A stretch of 64,000 nt of DNA from Octopus vulgaris (Eukaryota). The notes under the pieces were generated by a model. The model was not told the origin of the DNA. It searched no databases and worked only from the letters and a program-made list of their open reading frames with translations. Position 1 is the stretch's first letter. Each line of letters begins with the position of its first letter. Below, one piece after another: positions 40,497 through 55,315 of the stretch. Position numbers and translations under genes: made by a program. Location of the stretch: NCBI GenBank assembly GCA_951406725.2, contig OX597819.1, forward strand, positions 126,170,001 to 126,234,000. The letters are read 5' to 3'.

Positions 40497-40709
40497 ACTC
40501 TTACTCTTTTACTCTTTTACTTGTTCCAGTCATTTGACTGCGGCCATGCTGGAGCACCGCCTTTAGTCGAGCAAATCGACCCCGGGACTTATTCTTTGTA
40601 AGCCCAGTATTTATCCTATCGGTCTCTTTTGCCGAACCGCTAAGTGACGGAGTCGTAAACACACCAGCATCGGTTGTCAAGCAATGCTAGGGGGACAAAC
40701 ACAGATACA

Positions 40710-40761
<52 letters not shown>

Positions 40762-40892
40762 CATATATACGACAGGCTTCTTTCAGTTTCCATCTACCAA
40801 ATCCACTCACAAGGCATTGGTCGGCCCGGGGCTATAGCAGAAGACACTTGCCCAAGATGCCACGCAGTGGGACTGAACCCGGAACCATGTGG
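40497..40892 (-). mobile_element. SINE-A, 5'-truncated
   Basis: Family match. Confidence 0.9.
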
Positions 40893-41181
40893 ATGCCTTC
40901 ACCACGGTTAAGGAGCCCCATCATCTGCCACCTAATATATGAAATTAAATACTTGAAATTTAAAATGTAAATAAAATAAGATAAAACAGTATATACATAT
41001 ACACATATTGTTCTATCACCTTTGTGATGGGTATTTATTTTTCATCCCGCATGGTGTCCAACAATCCCCCTCTCCACCAAGCAAGTTCGGTGGGATTACC
41101 AGTTTAGTCACCGATGCACCCCCCCACACACACATGCACACATACATACATAAATACATACATACATACATACATATACAT

Positions 41182-41234
<53 letters not shown>

Positions 41235-43291
41235 AGATAAGCCACCCATAATTGGATACATCTCACTCACCCAACAAGAACTCACTACTTGAACAAAACT
41301 TGACTTAAACAGGATTCGAATAATCCTATCAGGTGGTGCTATTAAGTTAGACATGGCCTGGACCAATCTCTGGTCGAAACATATCTAAGTTTTATCTAAG
41401 TTTATATATATTAATAAAAGGGATTCCAACCTTATCTGATTTTCACGTTTTATTTACAATCTTATAATGATATAATATAAGATAAAATAATAGAATAAAA
41501 TAAAATAGTAGAATGTTAAATGTTCATTCTGATTGAACTAGTACTTTCATGCATTAAATTCTGCAATCTTCAGGTTCATGTAGTAGTGGTGACAGTCATG
41601 CTTCACAATTTTTGACTCTCTATATATATATGATGGATTCTCTTGTGAACGACAAACGAGGGTATAGTAAAATAAAGCGTTAATCATGTTCTATGGACTC
41701 GAATGCGTCCCTTAGGGTCTGCTGGTGCCTTGGAAACATTTTGGCAAATGGAACTCAGTTTTCTTGAGTCCTTGTGGATCATTTATTATGTGATTTTTTA
41801 AAGATGAAGGATGAATTTATTTTGCAATAAATAAATTATTGCAAAAACGACAAAAGCTTCATTTGAACCCCCCCCCCCCCATAATCGCAGAATGAAAAAC
41901 AGGCATTAGAAACTATAAAGACACTAATGAAATGTCCCAATATAAGACCTGCAGGCTAGAACCAGTTAATGACTGATTTAAGATTGTCGCCAAATACTGG
42001 TACTCGAGCCCACCAATATTCTCCGACTGACAGGTAGATCGAACCCATTACATGAAATCGAACCCATTATATGACTGCTACTTATTTTGTCGATCTAAGA
42101 AAAAGAAAAATTCATTGTCGGCTCGGGAGGAATTTGAACTCGAAAAGTAAATTGCTGTAAGGTAAACCACGGGGCATTTTATTGGACATTTTAATATTGG
42201 TGACCTTAACACTGTGTCAGAACTTTTTGAGGCGGAGCAAGAGTACAGTCGATCAAACCGGTCCCTGTACTCTGGAGCTTTAGTTACCGACCCCGGATTG
42301 ATGTAAAGCAAAGTCTCAAAATTGTCAGAGTGGGTGGGATTTGAATTCGGAATATTAAAAGATGTAAAAGCAAACAAAAAAAAAAAATTATCCAAAGATC
42401 CACCTCTTCAATATTAACTACAATTCAGTTATAACAGCAAAAAGAAATTGAAAATAAATTTAAATTCATCACCGAACGTTCTGCTTTCTGATTATAAAGG
42501 CACACATTGCAAATGGGTCTTCACTTTTGTCGATGATGAATATTTTAGTTGTCCAGTCAACTAAACTCCCTACACATTAAAGTACTGTGTAGACAGTTAA
42601 ATATTCCACAGATACGTGTCCTTTAAAATAATTCTACGACTGTATCAGCGTGGAACAAGGCGGTCCCTTTGAATTACAGATACCAAAGTTATTGTCCATC
42701 CGACCGACCCTCACGTAGATCCCATTTTCCGAATTTCATTCACACAGCTAGAATTTATCATGCAACTTCTTTCAAGATAGCCCCAAATAGGATCGAACCC
42801 GTGGCGTCATGGTTGAGAAGCGAACTTCTAAACCACTCAGATCGACACCTGCGTCCTAACATATAAACACAGACACGGGTATGTTGAGGGTTCCTAATTT
42901 TAATTTATGTATGTATATTCTTTTTTCTTTACCTGACTTGTTATATATTTATTTCTATGAGGAGACGAACACAGAGCCAGCCAGACAAATACATAAGGGA
43001 AATTAAATAGAGATAAAGAGAGAGAGGATAGAGAGTGGCGAGGGAGGAAGAGAGTTAAATAGATAGACAGAGAGAGAGAGGGGGAGTAATGTGTGGGGTT
43101 GGGTGAAAAAAGGAAGGAGACACCTGAATGAAAAGCTAGTCAAAACTGGGATATTATTACTCTATCACGATTAAGGACGAATGAGGAGAGTAACGTCGCT
43201 AAATGTCCCCTCTCTGTTGTTGAATCGTCACTTTTTTGGGGTCAGTGAAATGTTTTGTAAACCTTTTCACATATCGTTTGTGTGTGTGTGT

Positions 43292-43351
43292 GTGTATGTA
43301 TGCCGATATAAATCTCTGGTGTGTCTGTGTATGTAAGATGTATGTACACAA

Positions 43352-43403
<52 letters not shown>

Positions 43404-43605
43404 ATGTGTGTCTGTGCATGACCGATGTATGTTACCTGTATAAATGTGTGCGTGTGTGTATGTGTGTGTGTGTGTGTGTGTATGTATGTCGATATAAATC
43501 TCTGGTGTGTCTGCGTATGTAAGATGTATGTACACAAGTATATCTATATATATATCCATGTGTGTCTGTGCATGACCGATGTATATTACCTGTATAAATG
43601 TGTGT
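43292..43605. repeat. Tandem duplication of a unit of about 185 bp with variable (TA)n/(TG)n
   Basis: cgatataaatctctggtgtgtctg and tccatgtgtgtctgtgcatgaccgatgtat each occur twice. Confidence 0.9.
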
Positions 43606-43887
43606 GTGTGTATGTGTGTTTGGATGTGTGTGTATATATGTACGTAACTGTGTGCATTAGCCCATCATGGACACTGCATAAACTTAATTATTTTCAGCTG
43701 CAAGTAGAGAATTTTGTGGATGTTATTGTTGTTGCTGTTGTTGATTTTGAGATCTAATGAGTATGCAAATTAGAAATATTATTGTTTTTGTTGTTGATGC
43801 TATTAATCACTTGTTTGTTCTGTTGATATTAGCTACACACATTGCCTACCTGTTGCCCGGTCAACATTTTCACGGATGATACATACA

Positions 43888-43926
<39 letters not shown>

Positions 43927-44015
43927 CACACACACACACATATATATACATACATACATCATACATATATATATATATATATATGTATGTATATATATAG
44001 ATATGTATATATATG

Positions 44016-44054
<39 letters not shown>

Positions 44055-44230
44055 ATACACACACGTATATGCCTTATATATATAAATATGTATATATGAA
44101 ACCATGTGTGTATATGCATGTACACTCATTGCTAAATATAATGTTATTCGTGATATACATACATGCATATATATACACATACGTACGTTCATATGTACAC
44201 GGATGTACACGTATATTCATGCATACATAT

Positions 44231-44286
<56 letters not shown>

Positions 44287-44318
44287 AAATGATGAGTAAT
44301 GGTATGTGACAAAGAGGA

Positions 44319-44393
<75 letters not shown>

Positions 44394-44577
44394 ATATTTA
44401 TCTATCTAGCTATCTATCTGTCTATCTATCTATCTATCTATCTATCTATATAATATATACATGTATATACGTATGTACACATATTTGTACATATCTATAC
44501 ATGCATATAAATGATGTATATTTATATATCTATATACACATGCATATCATAATCTGTCTATCTATCTATATAATTTT

Positions 44578-44608
<31 letters not shown>

Positions 44609-44676
44609 CATACATATATATACATATATATGTACATATATATACATATATATACATATATATATATGTATGTATG

Positions 44677-44708
<32 letters not shown>

Positions 44709-45501
44709 TATATGTATATATGTATGTTTGTGCATATATTTATATATACATACATATACACATACACACATGTAAATGTAATGCATTTACGTGCATTTAT
44801 GTAGGTATATATACCTCATATATTATATATAGGTACATACAGATATACGTATGTGTATTTATTTATGTGTGTGTATATATACAAACTGTCCACCTGTGCG
44901 AGCGGGACAAAAGAGTTGCTTATATGTGGTAATTTGCCTTGCTAGAAATAGAAGAGAAATGTTCTTTAGGCCACACCCAACAGTCTTTGATTAAAAAAAA
45001 AAGAGATCCCTAACCATTTATATCGGTACTCACTGCCCTTAAAGCAAAGCACGATGGTTATACCTGAACCCTGTTGGTTATCGGCCTGCTCCTTTATCCA
45101 GGGACGTCTCGGTATAGGACAACGATGATAATAACAGCGGTGATACCACAACATATACGAACATATATGCGGTGACACACATTGACACATATTCAAACTT
45201 ATATTCAAATAAAGAGTATTTAAGGAAGCGTTGATCGAATTTTCCCTGTATGGTGCTTCTCTTTCTCTCTTTCTCTCTGTCTGTCTCTCTCTTAACTCTA
45301 TCCCTTCTCTCTCTCTCTTTCTCTCCGTCTCTCTTTTCTGTCTCTGTTTCTTCTCTTTTTGCCATATTTCTCATCCTATCTGTCCCTCCCTTTGTGAATC
45401 TCTTGCTTTCTCTCACTCTGTATCTCTCTGCCTTTCACTCCCTTTCTTTCCCTCTTTCACATTCTACTTGAACAAAAAAATGACAATACACAACTGCACA
45501 T

Positions 45502-45549
<48 letters not shown>

Positions 45550-46433
45550 ACAACACACACAGACACACAGACACACACACACGCTTACTGAAGCAACAAA
45601 TTTTTTAATTCATAATATATGTGTATAACTCATTCACTCTCTCCTTCACATGTGTGTATGTGTGTGTATGTATTTGTATGTGTGTGCATTTGTGTGTATG
45701 TGTGTGTGTGTGCATGCGTGTGTATGAATATACACACTGAGTATTTGTCCTGCGTATTAGCGTTTATTCAACCACATTTAATAATCTGTATTGGCTCAAT
45801 CGAAATATGTAACACTACAACAGGATGTAGTATCATAGCAGAAAGAGCCTCTGTGTACCTTTATCAAATGACATTTTCTCTTCTGTTAAAAATATCTATA
45901 TTGTCCACCAATCCCATTTCCCAATAACACAATACTCGTATTTGAATTTTCTTTACATTCTGCTGCACTACAAAATAAGTAATCTAAACCTAATCATTAG
46001 CTTTGAAGAAAGTAAAGCAAGTTTGAATCTGATTAATTGCAATTTGTAATTGCTTTATGGATCCCTCTACCGAGCAACAGAATTCAGAAAAGTATTATTT
46101 ATTAAAATTATTATTGAGCGTTCAACCTTGTAACAATTATGCAGGTAAGTTTGCCTGCCAACATTTCATTCCCGTTTTAATAAATTCACGCAAGGCCTCT
46201 ATATATACATATACATACATACACATACATGTATGTATATATATATTTATATATACATATGTATATACATAAATATATATATACATATATATACATATAC
46301 ATATATATACATATATACATACATATATACATACATGTATATTTATATGCATATATAAAAATGTGACCGCGTGTGTACAGTTGGCGATTTTTTTCCTCCG
46401 TCTTCCCTCCCTTGGATCTTTCCTTTTCCTATG

Positions 46434-46466
46434 TTTCTGATGAAGAGCTCTGCTCGAAACGTTAAA
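46434..46466 (+). ncRNA. Minimal hammerhead ribozyme in (TA)n-flanked pLTR-like unit 46358-46560
   Basis: uuu CUGAUGA a gagc ucu gcuc GAAAC GUU aaa; helix III reduced to the palindrome ACGU. Confidence 0.75.
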
Positions 46467-46554
46467 TCCTTCTTCTTTCTTTCCTTTCTTGAGCGGCCAA
46501 TAACACTATACTTGTTCAACATACTCGTGTTGTTGTGTTTTCATGTTTGGATTA

Positions 46555-46603
<49 letters not shown>

Positions 46604-46877
46604 TTTGTTTTTGTTGTTTACGTTTTGGGTTCAAATTCAGCACCGTGGTCAGCTTTATTCATCATTCCTCTGGAATCGATAAAATGAAATAAGAGCCATG
46701 GATCGATATTATTACTGTTCGCTCCCCATCAAATATGTAGCCTTGTGCCTATGCTAGAACCTATTAGAAAGGAGTAGCTCAAAGGTTGGTGGTGAGTTAA
46801 GAGAATCGTTAAAACATCAGACAATATACAAATCGTTGGAAAAAGATTTTTAAAAATTCATTAACTATTATTTATTT

Positions 46878-47181
46878 TACGGTTATATATTTGTTTTGCA
46901 AGATTTTTGATGTGAAATCGTGTGTTGAAACAGATATTGTTGTATTTCGGAATGGTCATTTTGCCAGTTTAGCCAATAAAAACACACGCACTATATATAT
47001 AAAGCAAAGGACCACTGATGCGGTCACAGGAGTGTGACGAAGAACTCTGGCCGAAATAAGATTAAGATCAATGTAAAAAATAAATAACGCTGAAGCAAAG
47101 TAACACCAAATATATAGTGTGTGTGTTTTTATTGGCTAAACTGGCAAAATGACCATTCCTAAATACAACAATATTTTGTTT
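46878..47181. mobile_element. Family-X fold-back: arms of about 70 bp (46928-46997 and 47110-47180), spacer of about 110 bp, left tail
   Basis: atattgttgtattt.ggaatggtcattttgccagtttagccaataaaaacacac and its reverse complement. Confidence 0.85.
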
Positions 47182-48332
47182 TATTTAACAGAATGTCACT
47201 AACCCTTGTGGAAGAAGTTTGTGTCTCGTGTATATTTTATGTCTAGAGTGTATTTTGAGTGTAAACGCTTTCGTTCTTCAACTTTTCAAACATGCGTTAC
47301 GGGCTAAAGCATAAGTAGGATGTTTTTTTGTCTGTGTGTGTAATGGTGTTAACTATTTCCGGTTCAGTTTCGGATGTGGAATTTTTACGAAATATTCTTT
47401 TGCCTTTCATAGTTGATTATTTTCATATTTTGTTTGTAAAAGGAGAATGTTAGATTTTTTTCATTTGCACAAATGGAACACTTTCTTTGATTTGTTGTTT
47501 ATGCACTTTTACACGACTGGATAGCTTTGTCCTTGTTTCTCCAATGTAATTCTCATCTACATTTTCGGCATTTGATGCGGTAAACGAGATTTGTTTCTTT
47601 TGCAATTCATGTTTGCAATCTCTATCAGTTCCTTCCTATTTTGAATGTTTTAGCTGTTCCTTGCTGTTATTTCACATGTCTTACAACGAGGGTCTCCACA
47701 GTTTGTTACTTGCATTATTTCTTTCTCCAATGTGAAACCCACCTCTGTTTGAAGTCTCTTGAGATTTGGTGGTTGTCTTCAGCTATTGATGATTTGTGAC
47801 TTTCTAACTATTTGTCGGAGAATTGATAATTGATGTGGAATTGGAAGGTATCGCTCGGCTGCATGTAGGATGCTGTGTTTCCTAGGATTATGGGTGACTA
47901 CAATGAAAAACTTGTACTTGTATATTCATTTTCATCGTTAGAATTAAGTGTTTCTCCGTCACGTAAAGATCACGACTTTTTGGCTTTGGTTATGGCATGA
48001 TTTATTAACTTTTCAGGTTCTGTTTTTGAAGGAGCATTTTTAGTCCTACCAATCGTTTCTCACGTCTGTTCGTATCCTAATTACTGAGCTTATATATCTT
48101 GCCATATGAATGGGACGTTCGTTTGGGAAGTGTAGCAAGATCTAAAATCAAAATATTGGTGTGTGCCTGTGTCCTTTCAGAAGAGGTCAGTTGCAGGTAT
48201 TTCATTTCCTTTAACTATTAGAATCTTCAGAAAAGGGAGTTCCTTTTCATTCATAAATGCTGTTTATTAATTTGAGTAATCTTGTAATGTCCTAACTTTT
48301 GCTCCAAAATATGAAGCAGTCGTCCAAGAAGC
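47182..48332 (-). pseudogene. Decayed Neptune-type Penelope-like element (RT C-terminus, Zn-finger linker, GIY-YIG), 5'-truncated at (TA)n
   Basis: FLDDCFIFW (RT catalytic motif), TDLF*KDTGTHQYFDFRSC, RQPPNLKR, CGDPRCKTC, NLVYRIKCRKC/ENYIGETRTKLSSRVKVHKQQI. Confidence 0.9.
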
Positions 48333-48340
48333 TGTATATG

Positions 48341-48414
<74 letters not shown>

Positions 48415-48488
48415 TATAGATGTGTGTACGTATGTATGTATATATATATGTATATATATACATAAATATACATACATACACACACACA

Positions 48489-48993
<505 letters not shown>

Positions 48994-49170
48994 GTATTAT
49001 TAATTTATGCTAAAAATAATTCTACCTTTGCCCATGTAATACAGTAAATGAATTAATTGCATCGCAATTCTTAACATTTATGTATTAACTTTGTTGGGTA
49101 CTTCACTAGCAGTATATTGGATATGTGTTATCCCATAGGGGGTTGAATTTGCAACCCCTATCTCAATTTG

Positions 49171-49230
<60 letters not shown>

Positions 49231-49233
<3 letters not shown>

Positions 49234-49484
49234 AATATTAGGGAATAAATCCAAACTTAGAGGGAAAAATCAGATTTAGGATTGAATCCAATTTTATAGT
49301 AAAATATTATATTATATTAAATTAGAGACAAAACCACTATTAGGCAAATCATACAATGAAAAACTTAAGCCAATACATAAGATTATTTAATTTATATTAT
49401 TTAAATATAAATTAAATAATCTTATGTATTGGCTTAAGTTTTTCATTGTATGATTTGCCTAATAGTGGTTTTGTCTCTAATTTA

Positions 49485-49494
<10 letters not shown>
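49231..49494. mobile_element. Family-A fold-back: perfect arms of about 90 bp (49308-49398 and 49404-49494) plus left tail, (TA)n on both sides
   Basis: Direct reverse-complement comparison. Confidence 0.93.
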
Positions 49495-49558
<64 letters not shown>

Positions 49559-50138
49559 AGGAAAAGAGGAAAAAAATCTATCAGAAAGGAACTCTATCTC
49601 TCTTAAAAAAATCTTTTGATAAGCATAACAAATGCGCAACCGGTAAAAAGAACTTTCACCTAATTAAATTACTTAAATTACTTAAATTATTTTGTCAGCA
49701 TTTTCTTCATTTCCTTTTTTATATATATAATATATATAGATAAATTTAAGGAGAGGAGAAAACAAATTCAAAGGCCGATGTATATATTCATTCAATTCAT
49801 ATTAACGAAATTCTCCATGGTATACAAAGTACATACATAGATGCATTCACCTATATGATATATAAAAATTTCCAAGAATTTATAAATACATACATATACA
49901 CGATAATTTATAAATATATAAAAATTCATACACATATAAAAATTTACAAACACATAAAAATTCATAAATATATTTAAAAAAATGTAAGTCCATAAATGTA
50001 CTTACGAAGTCCGAATGAAGAGGATGATAAAGCGGATGTAAAATGATACATAAGGAGTCTGGAACAAGCATGAAGTCTTTGTATAAAGTCTATGTATGTA
50101 TGTGTATGTATATATATATGTATGTATGTATGTATGTA

Positions 50139-50245
<107 letters not shown>

Positions 50246-50256
50246 GTGTGTGTATG

Positions 50257-50287
<31 letters not shown>

Positions 50288-50714
50288 GTATGTATATATA
50301 CACACTGAAAAAAAAAAATGTATATTTTTACTAAAGCTTAACAAGTAACTCTTCATCGTTGTTGTAATCTGAATTCCGGCAACAAACTTTTACTCGTTTG
50401 CCAGAAAATAGTTCCTTCTTCCTAGCAATAATTAATATAATAAAAATGTTAAGATATACACGTCCAATGTACTTTCCATTTCCAAATAAGAAATATATTT
50501 CTTTACTACCCACAAGGGGCTAAACATAGAGGGGACAAATAAGAAATAACAATGATGATTGGCCGGGGCAGATGCCTCAATCTGATTGTAAAATTGAGGC
50601 ACAGTTAAAGTGAATGATAATGGCCAATTTTTCCTAAAGCTGAAGAATATCACAGATTGTTAACATCAAACGAGATTAACATCATTAAAATGCCACATCT
50701 CTCTTCCTTGTTTT

Positions 50715-51145
50715 TGTTTTTTACTTGTTTCAGTCCTTAGACTGTGGCCCATGTTGGGGTACCGCCTTGAAGAATTTTAGGCGAACAAATCTATCCCAGT
50801 ACTTAATTGTTTTTAAGCGGCGAGCCGGCTGAAACGTTAGCACGCCGGGTGAAATGCTGAGCGGTATTTCGTCTGCCGTTACGTTCTGAGTTCAAATTCC
50901 GCCCAGGTCGACTTTGCCTTTCATCCTTTCGGGGTCAATTAAATAAGTACCAGTTACGCACTGGCGTCGATATAATCGACTTAATCCGTTTGTCTGTCCT
51001 TGTTCGTCCTCTCTGTGTTTAGGCCCTTATGGGTAGTAAAGAAATAGGTACTTATTCTATCGGTTTCTTTTGTCGAACTGCTAACTTATGGAGACGTAAG
51101 CACATCAACACCGGTTTTCAAGCCGTGGAGAGTGGCAAACATAAT
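50715..51145 (-). mobile_element. Old SINE-A 3' half with a nested SINE-B (50815-51048, plus strand)
   Basis: SINE-A motifs resume after aaagaaatag. Confidence 0.85.
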
Positions 51146-51210
51146 GCCTTACATGGACCTTTTGTGTGAGAAATGCCTTACATTGAACTTTTGTGTGTGT
51201 ATGTGTGTGT

Positions 51211-51251
<41 letters not shown>

Positions 51252-51940
51252 TGTGAAGTCAAAAAGTAGTCAGATAGCTTGACACATCTTAAATTCGATC
51301 GCTTAGCTTGTATTGTAATATAAGAGAGCAATATTTGATCTCTGGGTTAATAAGGTGACACAAGATTCTCAAAACATTGGAATTTGAAGAAATAACTTGA
51401 TCAAATTTGATCTCATGACAAATAATATTGATAAGTGATCAAAAATATATATAAGCTCTTTGGAGAGCAATCTATTATCGATTTCACACTTGCATACATT
51501 GCAAACTTATTCAAAAGAGCAAAAATTTTGATTAAATCTAATCATCAGTATATAACTGAGATTTGAAGTGGAAAAAAAAAACAAAAAAAACAAAACAATA
51601 AAAGCAAAAAAAAACAAACAAAAAAAAAAAACTAAAGGCTTCAAACAACATATTAAACAGCAATCTAACCATGTCTGTGATCTCACTGCAGATTCAACGC
51701 TCGGTTTGTTAATTGCATAGACGTTCTTACTTGATTCCATTTCTTACTATGGCCTTTTCACTGGAACTGTTAACGTGGTTAAGGTCAACAAACTTAAACT
51801 AAAATAATTATGCGGCAAAGAAATGCGGCATTAACTCAGTTACTAATATTATCTTAACCATTTTGGCAAGTGCGGGAGGCATACGGGACATATTTTATTC
51901 TTAATTTCTTGTCTGAGAGAGACATAAATTTTATGCAATA

Positions 51941-52105
51941 GGCGCAGGAGTGGCTGTGTGGTAAGTAGCTTGTTTACCAACCACATGGTTGCGGGTTCAG
52001 TCCCACTGCGTGGCACCTTGGGCAAGTGTCTTCTGCTATAGCCTCGGGCCGACCAAAGCCTTGTGAGTGGATTTGGTAGACGGAAACTGAAAGAAGCCTG
52101 TCGTA

Positions 52106-52158
<53 letters not shown>

Positions 52159-52776
52159 GGCAGTTTGTCTGTGCGTTTTCTGTGTGTCTGTTTGGTTGTA
52201 CCCTCACTCTGACCACGGCTTTCAACCGATTCTGATGAAACTTGACACACACATAGCCCAATGTCATAATTCAAAACTAACGCAGCGAAAATTTTGAAAA
52301 GTTCCCCCAGTTCTGAAAAAAAATCGATAAATTCGACATGGGGTCGAGAATTAGAAACCCAAACCACAGACCGTCTAGGGGACGCAACTCCACCTTTTAA
52401 CTCTCAAAAAAAATTTACCATCATTTTTTTTCTATTTTTTTGCTATTTTTTGGCTATAACTCTCTAAAAATGCTTTATAGTTATTTCCCTTACAAACCTG
52501 AGCAACGCCGGGCGATACTGCCTGTATATATATATATATATCTATCTATCTATATGCGTGTGTGTTTTTGTGTATCTGTGTTTGTCCCCCTAGCATTGCT
52601 TGACAACCGATGCTGGTTTGTTTATGTCCCCGTCACTTAGCGGTTCGGCAAAACAGACCGATAGAATAAGTACTGGGCTTACAAAGAGTAAGTCCCGGGG
52701 TCGAGTTGCTCGACTAAAGGCGGTGCTCCAGCATGGCCGCAGTCAAATGACTGAAACAAGTAAAAGAGTAAAAGAG
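51941..52776 (+). mobile_element. SINE-A, full length, with a Helitron inside its internal (TA)n
   Basis: Head 51941-52105, 3' half 52560-52776. Confidence 0.92.
52148..52524 (+). mobile_element. Non-autonomous Helitron (same family as 20122-20501)
   Basis: High similarity along the whole length; terminal CTAG altered. Confidence 0.85.
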
Positions 52777-53069
52777 TACCGTACCTTGCCGAAATAGTGA
52801 TGAGAGAAAATTACGTAAATGTACAATATTGTACGCGTTAAACGTAAAACTTTACGCTTATTTGAAGAAAATAAATTACTGAAAGAAACCACTCAGACGA
52901 TCATTCCGCATCCATTTAAACGCATAGAGCATCTATGAACGTTGGCTGTAATGGAATTGCAATAGATTCCTCAGAGAGATCATACTGAGTACAAGAGTGG
53001 TTCTCTGCCTCATCCTTTTCTTAGGTATGGAGTCTAAGTTTTATTTGGGAGCGGGATTAATAAGGTGTG

Positions 53070-53231
53070 TGCAGGCGTGGGCTGTGTGGTAGGAAGATTG
53101 CTTTCCAACCATAGAGTTCCGAGTTCAGTCCCACTGCGTGGTACCTTGAGCAAGTATCTTTTACAATGGCTTCGGGTCGACCAAAAACCTTGTGAGTGAA
53201 TTCGGTAGACGGAAACTGAAAGAGGGCCGTC

Positions 53232-53233
<2 letters not shown>
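53070..53233 (+). mobile_element. SINE-A 5' half, diverged
   Basis: Family match. Confidence 0.85.
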
Positions 53234-53272
<39 letters not shown>

Positions 53273-53313
53273 AACATACATACATACATACATACATACA
53301 TACATACACACAA

Positions 53314-53373
<60 letters not shown>

Positions 53374-53412
53374 AATACTAAACACCGTAGAGACATGTAC
53401 GGTGGTGGGGCG

Positions 53413-53681
53413 ATAGAATGGTGTTGTATACCGTCAATCTCACTCGAACGTGACAGTGGGGGGGGGGTACACCACCGCTGTTTAGCCCTAGGAGCCTCGA
53501 CGCCTCCTGATGGCTTTTGACACATTTTACCTGTGTCCTTATATACAAAAAAAATAAATGTATATAAGGACACAGGTAAAATGTGTCAAAGCCATCAGGA
53601 GGCGTCGAGGCTTCCTAGGGCTAAAAAGCGGTGGTGTACCCCCCCTACTGTCACGTTCGTGTTAGATTGACAGTATACAAC

Positions 53682-53689
<8 letters not shown>
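53413..53689. mobile_element. Fold-back unit: GC-richer arms of about 133 bp, 11-nt A-rich loop, left tail from 53369, (TA)n on both sides
   Basis: 53413-53547 mirrors 53559-53689. Confidence 0.92.
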
Positions 53690-53729
<40 letters not shown>

Positions 53730-53733
<4 letters not shown>

Positions 53734-53925
53734 ATACATAAATATGTTTAGATATACTAGGGTGCTACATGAGCACCTGCTTCACTAAAAATAAAAGTCA
53801 AAATATTTCTAGGCCACAGAAGAATCCCTAAATTAATGGCTTACAAGTAGTTTGACTTCTGAGTTTAGTGAAACAGGTGCTTATGTAGTACCCTAGTATA
53901 TGTAAATATATTTATATATCTTATA
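53730..53925. mobile_element. Diverged fold-back unit next to (TA)n
   Basis: atatactagggtgctacatgagcacctgcttcactaaa and tttagtgaaacaggtgcttatgtagtaccctagtatat. Confidence 0.88.
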
Positions 53926-54047
53926 TATAATTATTATTTTGCCTATATGGCTACTAACGTTATTATTTTTAGAAATAATATCATTCATTTATATTTATGT
54001 GTGTGTGTGCACGCGCGCATGTCTCTCTCTCTCTCTATCTATCTATC

Positions 54048-54096
<49 letters not shown>

Positions 54097-54165
54097 TCAT
54101 GTATGTATGTATGCATGTATGTATGTATGTATGTATGTATGTATGTATGTATGTATGTATGTATG

Positions 54166-54227
54166 TATAACTAATGTAAGATAAAACATTTTTTCCGAAA
54201 AAACATTTTTATCCTACATTAGTTATA
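54166..54227. repeat. Short fold-back; the same motif starts the unit at 12826
   Basis: tataactaatgtaagataaaa ... ttttatcctacattagttata. 54431-54605 is the reverse complement of about 12917-13090. Confidence 0.85.
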
Positions 54228-55175
54228 AATTGAATAGTGTTCACTTCCGGATTCTCTCACTCTGTGAAAGTTTCTACTTCGAATCACACGTGTCTTGAGA
54301 TGTGCCGAAGATTTTCTATTTTGGATATATTTGGGGTACTTAGGTCTGCTCAGGACTTAGTGCTTGCTTTTTCCGTGGGTATGAGTAAGTATTTCATTTA
54401 TATTTCGCGTATTTGCCGATGAAGAGGGGAAAATTCTATGAATTAACCCCGAAATTGGACCAATACGGTAATAACGAATTTTTTAGAAATTCCCTATCGG
54501 TTTGTTTCGAGACGCATAAATTATAATTGTTAATTGACAATTTTTGTCTTTCTTTCGGCATATTTGGCATTAGAATTTTTCTTTTGCCCTTATCTTGTAA
54601 ATTATGTATGTATGTATGTATGTATGTATGTATGTATATATTTATGTGTGCGTGTCTGTGTTTCCCCATCACCATCGCTTGGCAGTCGATGTTGGTGTGT
54701 TTATGTCCCTGTATCTTAGCAGTTCGGCAAAATAGTCTGATAGTGTCACACGTCATCAACGGTTGGTCGAGAGATAGAACGTCATTTGATATCAGAGAAT
54801 AATTCCAGAAGATCTGATGTTTATTCCTGACAGCTCTACGAACCTAAAAATGCATTGCAAAGTCCCCTGTCTTGGTGCACAATGAAATGCTGACATAACA
54901 TTTGAATTCACAAACCATGAGATGCCAGTGCAGCAACTTATTTGCCTGGTTACCTTCCATTTTAGTTCTTCTTGCTTCTTTATTCTTGTATTATTTTACT
55001 GGTTTCGCTTATTGAAATATGTTCACACAAGGGCACCAACGTGAAGGAGTTTTAGCCTATCATAACAACCCCACTACTTACGTCAGCATATGTATTTCAT
55101 TACAACGTTCAGGCAGATTCGAGCATGAATATCTTATCGCTGTTGGTTTTCGTCATCAGAGAACACCTCATACAT

Positions 55176-55315
55176 GTTTCTTTACTACCCACAAGGAGCT
55201 AAACACAGAAGGGACAAACAAGGACAGACAAAGGGATTAAGTCAATTATATCGACCCCAGTGCGTAACTGGTACTTATTTAATCGACCCCGAAAGGATGA
55301 AAGGCAAAGTCGACC
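55176..55315 (-). mobile_element. SINE-B, 5'-truncated
   Basis: Family match. Confidence 0.88.

Noticed and set aside
46081-46150. Strong donor cag|gtaagt at 46144
   Set aside because: Weak acceptor and AT-rich non-coding-like composition; insufficient support for an exon.
47012-47065. CUGAUGC-ggtca…tggcc-GAAAU in the family-X spacer
   Set aside because: Core mismatch and no helix I; at best a dead relic, so not listed as a ribozyme.
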